Origin: a virus | IMG/VR virus record: IMGVR_UViG_3300021961_000020 | DNA: 64,000 bases | Strand: one strand, 5' to 3' | Part shown: piece after piece, positions 1 through 8,127 of the stretch | Layout: each line of letters starts with the position of its first letter | How positions within the stretch are numbered: position 1 is the first letter of the stretch | Position numbers and translations under genes: made by a program | The notes under the pieces: model-generated | The model's database searches: none | What the model saw: only the letters and a program-made list of their open reading frames with translations | What the model was told of the DNA's origin: nothing

Positions 1-150
1 GGTCTCATCTTTTATATTATGATAGTGCCAAGAACATCTCTTTCCTTTCTCAAAGAAGAGAAGTTTGCCACAGTACTGTTCATTATTTACAATCCACTTC
101 TCGTATCCCCAACCTTTGGGAACCTCTTTAATAGTCTGAGAAGAATTCAT
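1..150 (-). CDS. Cupin-fold sugar isomerase-like protein, 5' part (runs off the window edge)
   Basis: Hand translation MNSSQTIKEVPKGWGYEKWIVNNEQYCGKLLFFEKGKRCSWHYHNIKDET; KxWGxE, YCGK and SxHYH are typical of cupins found next to NDP-heptose genes. Not in the ORF track. Confidence 0.75.
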   Translation of the reverse strand, partial: MNSSQTIKEVPKGWGYEKWIVNNEQYCGKLLFFEKGKRCSWHYHNIKDET

Positions 151-460
151 TTGCATTGACTCCCTTATCATCTATGTAGTAATCACCCGATGGTTTTCCT
201 AGGTGAAGTTCATGAAACTTACAACCCCATTCTTTAAGTTGATTGTATGTAAAGTCATAGAAATTATTATGAGAAAGCATGCGAGAGTTTTTAAACCTTC
301 CCATACCTCTTGCTGTAAGATAGGTAATGTAATGCCCCTCATCATATAGTTGATTAATTCTATCAATTCTTTCTTGGATGGGGGCAGCACCAGTATACCT
401 AGTTTCGTCAGTAGATCCAGGAGTACAGATAGTACCATCTATGTCAATAGTATATCTCAT
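128..460 (-). CDS. HAD-superfamily phosphatase (capsule biosynthesis phosphatase-like)
   Basis: DIDGT motif I, TAR motif II, GKP...YIDDK motifs III/IV. Confidence 0.8.
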   Translation of the reverse strand: MRYTIDIDGTICTPGSTDETRYTGAAPIQERIDRINQLYDEGHYITYLTARGMGRFKNSRMLSHNNFYDFTYNQLKEWGCKFHELHLGKPSGDYYIDDKGVNANEFFSDY

Positions 461-2292
461 TCGGAATCATCCACTAAACTATAGTTAATCTTCCCTCTTT
501 TACCAGCGTTTGAATTTTCTGAGATGTACAGCATCTTTTTTTGGTTGGGGAAGTAAGTGTATTCTAATTCCGATCTTTGCAAAGTTTCAATCACATCATC
601 AACTGTTTCACAAATAGTATCTCCACCTAGATTAAATGAAGTATTAAGTAGCATTGGAATACCAGTTCTCTTGTAAAACTCTTCGATCAAATCATAGTAA
701 TTTTTATTCTGTTCTCTAGATACTGTTTGAATTCTACAAGTTTTATCGACATGCAAAACTCCAGGAATTTTATCCCAAACTTTCTCATGAGCATTGACGG
801 CAAACATCATGAATGGACTTTCATCAAGACCACGCATATCAAACCAGTCATGAACATGATCTAATAGTACGGATGCTGCAAAGGGTCTCCATAACTCACG
901 ACCTTTCTTTTTGTTCATTATAAGTTGTGCATTTGGATTCCTAGGATCAAATAACAATGATCTATTACCAAGAGCACGAGGTCCCTGTTCGGATCTCCCC
1001 TGAAAGATTCCTACTGGATTACCATTCTCAATAACATCAACTACTTCAGAAAGAGTTGTGTCATACGCGCTTTCTGGAATATCATGTTGTCTTTCAATTC
1101 CAAGATACAAAGATTTCAAAGGATAAATTTCCTTTGATTGTGTATGCTGTCTCCATTCAAGCATTGCTTGACCAGCAGATAAACCAGCATCATAACAAAT
1201 TGGTTCCACAAACAACTTACCACCTTCAGGCAAATACTTTAGATACTCATAGTTAGCAACACAATTTAGAGCACACCCACCAGTCAGAACAATGTTCTTA
1301 CATCCAGTAAGTTCCACTGCCTTTTTAATGAGATCAATCATATAAGACTCAAAGTCTTTTTGCATCCTGTAAGCAAGATCACAATTAACAGAAAATTTAA
1401 TTCTAGGATCCTCAACTTGATCTGGAGCAGTAAGTGCTGGACCTGATCTAACTATATCATTTTCATCTCTACTACATCTCTTCACACCATCATTGTATAG
1501 TTTATATAAATCTATTTTTCCTTCAGGGTAAATGTATTCATAGTAATCGATCAGTACTCCATTAGAAACTCTAACAAATAATTCTTCATTAACTTCTCCG
1601 TTAATTACAAATGGTTTTATGTTTGGATTATCCTTTCCATATGGAGCGAGTCCCATTGTCTTTCCAGACGCAGTATAATTAAATCCAATGTATTCACTAG
1701 CAGCAGCATAAGCCATACCAATTCCAGTGGTAGGATTTTCTACTTGCTCTTCGGTTTCAATAAAAACTGGCGCATATCTTTGATGTAGCAATTCAAAGTT
1801 GCATGGATAGGATGCTTTATAAATGCTTTCTACCTCATGACCACCACCAATAATTGCTCCAGCACCATCCACAACTACAACTGCCGCTTCTTCAAATCCA
1901 GAGTTATAGAATCCAATAGATGCGTGAGAAAGATGGTGTTGGTTTTGAAATGATTTGCATTTATACTTATTTTTTCTCATAACTTTTGATGCTACAAGAA
2001 GACAGATATCGATGGAATCATCGACCATCTTCTTCTCCATTGGTATCTCAATGGTAGTATAAGCAATCAAAGAGTCTTTAGAAATAAATGCGTTGCCATA
2101 TAAAAGCGACAACAAAGGATATGAATCATGCTTTCTATGGCTAAGTCTTTCTTCCTCAATCATCCATTTGACTTTACCGTCTACAAGATAGCAAACAGAT
2201 GCATCGTGAGCAATATTCATAGAAAAAATACTATTCACATTTTCTGGCAAAATTTTTACAGCAGACTGATTTTGTAAGGAGATTTCTTTCAT
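457..2292 (-). CDS. Carbamoyltransferase, NodU/CmcH/TobZ family (copy 1)
   Basis: HDASVC, EEERLS, HHLSHA, VVVDGAG, GKTMGLAPYG, GGCALNCVAN, GPRALGNRS, RPFA, LNTSFN. Confidence 0.93.
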   Translation of the reverse strand: MKEISLQNQSAVKILPENVNSIFSMNIAHDASVCYLVDGKVKWMIEEERLSHRKHDSYPLLSLLYGNAFISKDSLIAYTTIEIPMEKKMVDDSIDICLLVASKVMRKNKYKCKSFQNQHHLSHASIGFYNSGFEEAAVVVVDGAGAIIGGGHEVESIYKASYPCNFELLHQRYAPVFIETEEQVENPTTGIGMAYAAASEYIGFNYTASGKTMGLAPYGKDNPNIKPFVINGEVNEELFVRVSNGVLIDYYEYIYPEGKIDLYKLYNDGVKRCSRDENDIVRSGPALTAPDQVEDPRIKFSVNCDLAYRMQKDFESYMIDLIKKAVELTGCKNIVLTGGCALNCVANYEYLKYLPEGGKLFVEPICYDAGLSAGQAMLEWRQHTQSKEIYPLKSLYLGIERQHDIPESAYDTTLSEVVDVIENGNPVGIFQGRSEQGPRALGNRSLLFDPRNPNAQLIMNKKKGRELWRPFAASVLLDHVHDWFDMRGLDESPFMMFAVNAHEKVWDKIPGVLHVDKTCRIQTVSREQNKNYYDLIEEFYKRTGIPMLLNTSFNLGGDTICETVDDVIETLQRSELEYTYFPNQKKMLYISENSNAGKRGKINYSLVDDSE

Positions 2293-3083
2293 GAGTTCAA
2301 AATAGAATCAACATCTTCCATGGTCATAGTGTATGTACCAGGATTTTGAACGGCAATTGCAGCTGCTCTATTTGCAAAAGCAATTGCTTCTTCCATGACT
2401 GGAAGTTGAATGTGATAAAACACAAGGGCAGCGAGAAAGGTATCACCTGCGCCAGACACATCGAACACACGCTCAATTTCTTTTACAGGATATTGAGTCT
2501 TGTTCCAGATGCATCCATTAGCACCCATGGTTACAATTAAGTTAGTAGCTTTGGGGATAGTATTAGGATCTAATGCTTCAAATTCTTTTTGATTAATCTT
2601 GTAGATGACATTATCATATTCAGACAGGAGTCTGGTTGCTTTCGTATCTACAAATACTTTGATCTTAGGATTTCTACTGGCGACATATGAAATAACTTCA
2701 GAAACATTAAGAAACCCTTTGTTATAATCGGAGATTACAATGGCATCATAGATCTCATGCATCAATGCCATCTGAAGTTGTGCCTGATGGATTGGTTTTA
2801 TATCAGGTTCTTCATCTACACGAACGATCTGCTGATTAGTACGCTCATCAATGTATCTTGTCTTAGTAATCTTCTCTTTATTAGTTACGAAGTTTACATT
2901 AATACCAAGAGACTTTAAATTTTCACAGACATTGCCTGCCATACCAGGAGCAGATTGCTTCTGACGATGCTTAAGAACAGGTACGGGTGCCTCTGGACTC
3001 AAGCGATTGCATGATCCATAAATCCATTCATCGGTACAACTATCCCCGATCAATAATACATTGTATTGTCTTGCTAGTCGCAT
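2289..3083 (-). CDS. PfkB-family sugar kinase, HldE/RfaE kinase-domain-like
   Basis: RLSPEAPVPV, GMAGNV, ISDYNKG, DVSGAGDTF. Confidence 0.9.
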   Translation of the reverse strand: MRLARQYNVLLIGDSCTDEWIYGSCNRLSPEAPVPVLKHRQKQSAPGMAGNVCENLKSLGINVNFVTNKEKITKTRYIDERTNQQIVRVDEEPDIKPIHQAQLQMALMHEIYDAIVISDYNKGFLNVSEVISYVASRNPKIKVFVDTKATRLLSEYDNVIYKINQKEFEALDPNTIPKATNLIVTMGANGCIWNKTQYPVKEIERVFDVSGAGDTFLAALVFYHIQLPVMEEAIAFANRAAAIAVQNPGTYTMTMEDVDSILNS

Positions 3084-3441
3084 AGTCTTCTAATCTATCA
3101 AAGAATTTTAATTCTGCTGAGTGCATCGACCCAATGACTGTCTTTCCTTTCCAGTCAGATCCTACTACCATTATATCAGGTTGTATGGTTTTAACCAAGT
3201 CTTCTAATTCTTGATCGCTGGAAAAAGAAAGTACTTTGTCTACAGTTTTGAGAGACTGTAACATTATGATTCTATCTATGCATGAATTAATAGGTCTTGT
3301 CGGACCTTTCATCTCCTTCACCCTACTATCGGTATCGATAGCAACGATAACCTCATCGCCAAGAGACCTTGCATAAGAAAGAAGTGCAAGGTGCCCACGA
3401 TGAAGGATATCAAATGTACCGTTGACAAATACTCTAGTCAT
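3040..3441 (-). CDS. Cytidylyltransferase-fold nucleotidyltransferase, HldE/RfaE domain II-like
   Basis: NGTFDILHRGH, KGPTRPIN, VVGSDW. Confidence 0.9.
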   Translation of the reverse strand: MTRVFVNGTFDILHRGHLALLSYARSLGDEVIVAIDTDSRVKEMKGPTRPINSCIDRIIMLQSLKTVDKVLSFSSDQELEDLVKTIQPDIMVVGSDWKGKTVIGSMHSAELKFFDRLEDYATSKTIQCIIDRG

Positions 3442-5257
3442 TCTTAACAGTAATCAGTTTACCATACTCAGGAAGATACAAATACTCGATACCAGAGTTA
3501 GCAAGAGTACGCACAGCGTCGTCAAGGGTCTCAACCAAAGGTTCACCACCAAGATTGAAACTGGTGTTAAACAGAATCGGACAACCTGTAGCATCATAGA
3601 ATGCTTTGATGAGTCTGTAGTAGTTTTCATTCTGCTTTTCGGTAACAGTTTGGATTCTACATGTGCCATCAACATGAATGATAGAGGGAATCTTTTCTTC
3701 GATTCCAGGTTGACAATTCACAGCGTACATCATGTGAGGAGTCTCTTCCATTCCACGAAGATCAAACCACTCATGAACATGCTCTTGAAGCATTGATCCA
3801 GCAAACGGACGGAAGAATTCACGACGCTTAATTTTATTTACATGATCCTTACCATCAGGATCACGGGGATCATAGAGAATAGAACGGTTACCAAGAGCAC
3901 GAGGACCAGATTCAGATCTACCTTGGAATAAAGCAACAATATTTTTGTCAGTAATCAAACCAACAATATCTTCGTCCTTTGCTTCGGTAACTTCTCCACC
4001 ATACTTGTCAGCGGTATCAATGATACTATTAATATCATATGTATATTTTGGACCAAGGTATAGACTTTCTGCGTATGGTTTAATATTTGTGTCTCCAGTT
4101 GTAAAGTGATGCCAGAATAAAGCAGCACCGATAGCAGTTCCAGCATCATTACTTACTGGTTCAACATAAAGACTGATACCTTCGTCTTTTAATTCATCGA
4201 GATAATAATAATTAGCAACGCAATTTAGACCATACCCCCCAGACAAAGCAACATTTTTAATTTGGGTAAGGTTAACCGCAAACCGAATTAAATCAAGAAC
4301 CTGTTTTTGAGTTTCTTTTTGAACTTTATATGAAAGATCTTTACGATTCTGAAGTCTTACCAAATCTTTACGATCAATGTCTATTGGAGTCGCCAACTCT
4401 TTATTAAGTTGATCACAAACGAGTGCTCCATTAGGATATGTTGGAGTAATAAACTCTTGATTTACTTGTTTATAGTGAGGAAGAAACTCATTAGACTTAC
4501 CAAAAATGTCTGGGAGATTCTCATTTTCTTTTCCATAAGGGAAAAGTCCCATAGTTTTACCTGCTTCAATGGAATCAAATCCATTGTACCGCGTAACTGC
4601 CTCATAAGATTTTACAATTCCAGCAGAAGAGTCCGCAATCAGAATACAACTTGATTCATCAGAAGTATCAAACTGTTTATTATCAAATGCAGTTTCAACG
4701 AGGAGTGGTCTAAGACCATTTCCACCTAAGTGCCTATACTTTGATTCTATTTTTGCAGGATATGAGCAATTAAAAACAGTTTCTGTTTCCCAAAGTGTCA
4801 TTGGGCGACCGTCAACAGAATGACTATAAAAAGTTCCTGCACCATCAACGACTACAGAAACCGCTTTATCAAAACCAGAACGATAGAATGCACACGCAGC
4901 GTGAAGCTTGTGATGAATATTTCCAAGATCAATTACTTGGGGGTGAGTTTGAGTTTCTGGATTATAATTTACATCACTACGAATCAAACCCAACTTTCTA
5001 GCTAGTGAAGTATATGCATCTTCACCACAGTAATCTAACTTGGCAGCACTCTCTGCCAGTAGTTGAGTATGGGCAACCACTAAGTAGTCCAATTTATCAG
5101 TATATTCTTTTATTTTAAGAATGGATAAAAGAGGTGCTCCATCGTATTTCATACGAGAAAATCTTTCTTCCTCGATAGCAAATACTACTTCCCCATTTTT
5201 TAACAAGCAGACACCTGCATTATGTCCGCGAGTAATACCAGCAATCCATTGAGTCAT
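3434..5257 (-). CDS. Carbamoyltransferase, NodU/CmcH/TobZ family (copy 2)
   Basis: GHNAGVC, EEERFS, HHKLHA, VVDGAG, GKTMG, GGYGLNCVAN, GPRALGNRS, NTSFN. Confidence 0.93.
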   Translation of the reverse strand: MTQWIAGITRGHNAGVCLLKNGEVVFAIEEERFSRMKYDGAPLLSILKIKEYTDKLDYLVVAHTQLLAESAAKLDYCGEDAYTSLARKLGLIRSDVNYNPETQTHPQVIDLGNIHHKLHAACAFYRSGFDKAVSVVVDGAGTFYSHSVDGRPMTLWETETVFNCSYPAKIESKYRHLGGNGLRPLLVETAFDNKQFDTSDESSCILIADSSAGIVKSYEAVTRYNGFDSIEAGKTMGLFPYGKENENLPDIFGKSNEFLPHYKQVNQEFITPTYPNGALVCDQLNKELATPIDIDRKDLVRLQNRKDLSYKVQKETQKQVLDLIRFAVNLTQIKNVALSGGYGLNCVANYYYLDELKDEGISLYVEPVSNDAGTAIGAALFWHHFTTGDTNIKPYAESLYLGPKYTYDINSIIDTADKYGGEVTEAKDEDIVGLITDKNIVALFQGRSESGPRALGNRSILYDPRDPDGKDHVNKIKRREFFRPFAGSMLQEHVHEWFDLRGMEETPHMMYAVNCQPGIEEKIPSIIHVDGTCRIQTVTEKQNENYYRLIKAFYDATGCPILFNTSFNLGGEPLVETLDDAVRTLANSGIEYLYLPEYGKLITVKND

Positions 5258-6258
5258 TTTCCAAATCCTTTAGGTTCACAACAAGTTTTAGTATTTTTTT
5301 CTTGGTTAATATTTTCGTTGGAATATTTTTTTGGTTTTCCAAGACGCTTTCTACACGAAGCAATTACTTTTTTGATATCTTCTTCTGTCATCTCCATGCA
5401 TTCATCGTTCATCATATCTTGATAGTCTTCCATTGTCAACCTAATGGGAGAAAAAATTCTTTTCTCTGCACCAAGATCAATAATATCAAACATTGGATCG
5501 TTTGGATATGAAATATTTTCAGGATAAGTGGATCCAATTACAGCAGTGACTGTAGTACCAACTGATTTGGCAATGTGTTGACCAACGGAATCACAACCTA
5601 AGAAATGATCTGCTTGTTCAATAATGCCTGCCCAAACACGGATGTCAGCTTGAGGCCAAGCACATGGAATCTTGCTAGTATCGACATCAACTGGAAACTG
5701 AAACTCACTCATTATGACAACACCATAATCTTCTCTAAGATTATTAATAATATCTACAATATAACTTAGATGAAAACTTCTAGAAGAAGGATCAATAATA
5801 TATTCACCTTCAACTTGAACTCCTCTACCAAAAGGTTGAATAACAATTACTTTATCCTTCCCACTCTTTGCCTTTACTTCTTCAATTACATTAAGAGCAT
5901 AGATTGCTTCTGACTTGGTGATCTTAATTTTAGGTGCAGGAAGATTTCTGGGTTCTTCCAAACCGTTAATTTCTAGATCAAACGCTTGGGCGATATTACA
6001 CTTCTGATTATAATAGTGCCACTGTCTATATGGTTCAGGAGTTACACAATCTCTATTTTTAATATAGTCTTCGAAAAGATTTTTATGCCAATTATCGAAG
6101 GCATATTTATGGAGAATAGGATGACCTTTGAAGAAATTCATACCACCTTCACAGACAATGATAAAATCATCATGCTTTTCTGCATACCTTTCAAATGCAG
6201 GGATGGAACAAATTACACGACCAGCGCCACCATTAATAAAGAATGCTTTTGATCTCAT
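5254..6258 (-). CDS. GT-B glycosyltransferase, GT9 (heptosyltransferase)-like
   Basis: C-terminal ADHFLGCDSVGQHIAKSVGTTVTAVIGST matches the GT9 signature; likely ATG start MRSKAFF at 6258 (track start is a TTG at 6273). Confidence 0.75.
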   Translation of the reverse strand: MRSKAFFINGGAGRVICSIPAFERYAEKHDDFIIVCEGGMNFFKGHPILHKYAFDNWHKNLFEDYIKNRDCVTPEPYRQWHYYNQKCNIAQAFDLEINGLEEPRNLPAPKIKITKSEAIYALNVIEEVKAKSGKDKVIVIQPFGRGVQVEGEYIIDPSSRSFHLSYIVDIINNLREDYGVVIMSEFQFPVDVDTSKIPCAWPQADIRVWAGIIEQADHFLGCDSVGQHIAKSVGTTVTAVIGSTYPENISYPNDPMFDIIDLGAEKRIFSPIRLTMEDYQDMMNDECMEMTEEDIKKVIASCRKRLGKPKKYSNENINQEKNTKTCCEPKGFGK

Positions 6259-6278
6259 GCTAATTTCAATCAACGAGT

Positions 6279-6315
6279 TATTTAGTTGGTTGCTAATACT
6301 AGATATTATAGCACA
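6279..6315 (-). promoter_or_regulatory. Tandem sigma70 extended -10 (TGTGCTATAAT) and T4-type late promoter core (CTAAATA) upstream of the GT9 operon
   Basis: Plus strand tatttag at 6279-6285 and attatagcaca at 6305-6315. Confidence 0.6.
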
Positions 6316-6329
6316 AAATCCTCAGACAT

Positions 6330-6362
6330 AAAAAAAATCTGGGGAAATTTTTTCCCCAGATC
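6330..6362 (-). terminator. Intrinsic terminator after tail-assembly gene
   Basis: ATCTGGGGAAA/TTTCCCCAGAT inverted repeat followed by a T run on the minus strand. Confidence 0.8.
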
Positions 6363-6386
6363 TTGAAATTAAAAATCGTTTTTAAT

Positions 6387-7160
6387 TCAATCAGAGTCCA
6401 ATCCAGGTCTTTGAGGTGCAAGAGGATCAAGATCATCCAATGCCTTTCTTTCAGCAGATCTCTGATGATTGACTTTTGCCTCAGGATCAAACGGCCACTG
6501 AATTAGATAAGTGCAGTTACCAACACTTGCCCATGTCTCAGGAAGATCTCTGAGTTGTTGGCGATACTCAAGCCAAGGCTGTTTTACGGCATCAGGGATA
6601 TCAGAAGCTGCTACACGATGATCACACTCAGCAAGCATATGATTTCTAAGGTCTCTTACTAAGGTCCAAGAGAATCTCTGAGACTCTCCTTCAGGGACAT
6701 CAATATGATCGATCACCCAATCAGATCTAAACTGGGGTTGCTTCCAAGAGTTAGTGGTAACATCATATCCACAAGATCTTGGTTCAATCGCTTCAAACAA
6801 ATTATAGGGATCAGCGATATCAGCATTCGGTTCGCTATCTGGACCGACTTGTACTTCAAATCTTTCTGGAGGATACGCAGCTCCATATAGCATGCATGCA
6901 TGCAATGGATATTCTTCTGCGTCTAAGATAACCTCTACACAATCTACTGGGCAAGGAAGAAATCCATTAGGATCATTAACACCCCAGCAACCTTGAGTCC
7001 AATCATCCTCGATATATCCCGTTTCATCGGGGAGGACCCATCTTGTCTTAAGATATCTTGGTCCAATATAAGTAGCAATTCCTACTTCGAAATCATCCTG
7101 AACATCACCGCAGTATTGTTCAGGAACAGGGAATAGAAAAGTTTTTGTAATTCTAGCCAT
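6387..7160 (-). CDS. Tail fibre assembly chaperone-like protein
   Basis: C-terminal VRDLRNHMLAECD...WLEYRQQLRDLP...WP is the phage tail assembly chaperone signature. Confidence 0.75.
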   Translation of the reverse strand: MARITKTFLFPVPEQYCGDVQDDFEVGIATYIGPRYLKTRWVLPDETGYIEDDWTQGCWGVNDPNGFLPCPVDCVEVILDAEEYPLHACMLYGAAYPPERFEVQVGPDSEPNADIADPYNLFEAIEPRSCGYDVTTNSWKQPQFRSDWVIDHIDVPEGESQRFSWTLVRDLRNHMLAECDHRVAASDIPDAVKQPWLEYRQQLRDLPETWASVGNCTYLIQWPFDPEAKVNHQRSAERKALDDLDPLAPQRPGLDSD

Positions 7161-7178
7161 TGTTGAAAACTCCTTTAA

Positions 7179-8042
7179 TTACTGCCAGTAAGATACGACT
7201 ACAAGACCAGATCCACCAAAACCACCCCAGCAGCAGCTACCGTCAGTATGAGCGGAAGATCCACCACCACCAGGGAAGAGTGCGTGTCCTCTACAGCAAC
7301 CGTGATTGTTACCAGCAGAGCAGTTATCATCCATCATACCACCCCAAGTTGCCCACGGACCTACAGCAGATCCAGCAATTGCACGGTGGTCGTTACGGCA
7401 ATAGCTGGTGTTAATTCTCATGCCATTAACACCTCTGATACCAAAGGAGCGATCTCTATTGTCAACACAGTTTGCACAAGAAGTAGTAATGATACAAGGA
7501 CCAGAACACTGTCTCATGTGAGAACATGCATAACAGTTTTGACTACAACGGTGGTGTCCCCAAGATCCGCCTTGAGCGCAGAAGTTACTCATACCACCAG
7601 CACCACCATCGTAAGGAGTTACGAAGGTTGTACATCCTTTAGCTCCGCAGCAGTTAAATCCAGTAGAATATCCGCAGCAAGAACAAGAGCTACCACCAGA
7701 ACAAATAGTATAACGACTAGATCCAGGAGTAAAATGCCCACAGTGAGAAAAGACTGTTCTTACGGCATAAGATCCAGAACCACCAGCAGGACCGCTACCA
7801 CAACAAAGTCCAGGAGATCCAGATCCTCCTGAACCAGTCAACTCAAATCGAACTGATCGAGTATTTGCGGGTACTGTCCAAAGAAGGCAACATCCTCCAG
7901 TAGCAGAATAAAAATCACTATGATATACATAAAACTGGTGAGCGACAGCTGTCGATAATCCGACTACTTCATTCGAAGTTACAGACCCAGCAATTAGCGC
8001 CTGGTTACCTTGAATCTTTTTATAACTCTGATAATTTGCCAT
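7179..8042 (-). CDS. Gly/Cys-rich tail-associated structural protein
   Basis: WTVP...FELTGSGGSG, PGGGG and GGSGLVVVSY glycine-rich-domain pattern; 26 Cys counted; late promoter upstream. Confidence 0.6.
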   Translation of the reverse strand: MANYQSYKKIQGNQALIAGSVTSNEVVGLSTAVAHQFYVYHSDFYSATGGCCLLWTVPANTRSVRFELTGSGGSGSPGLCCGSGPAGGSGSYAVRTVFSHCGHFTPGSSRYTICSGGSSCSCCGYSTGFNCCGAKGCTTFVTPYDGGAGGMSNFCAQGGSWGHHRCSQNCYACSHMRQCSGPCIITTSCANCVDNRDRSFGIRGVNGMRINTSYCRNDHRAIAGSAVGPWATWGGMMDDNCSAGNNHGCCRGHALFPGGGGSSAHTDGSCCWGGFGGSGLVVVSYWQ

Positions 8043-8075
8043 TACCTTTAATTGTAAATGGTGGTTCGTTATTAG

Positions 8076-8082
8076 TATTTAG
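8076..8082 (-). promoter_or_regulatory. Late promoter core CTAAATA
   Basis: Plus strand tatttag about 35 nt upstream of the 8042 ATG. Confidence 0.6.
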
Positions 8083-8095
8083 TAAAATCATAACG

Positions 8096-8120
8096 AAAAA
8101 GAGGGGAGGTTGCCCTCCCC
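8096..8120 (-). terminator. Intrinsic terminator
   Basis: GGGGAGG-GCAA-CCTCCCC then TCTTTTT. Confidence 0.85.
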
Positions 8121-8127
8121 AAAAGAA

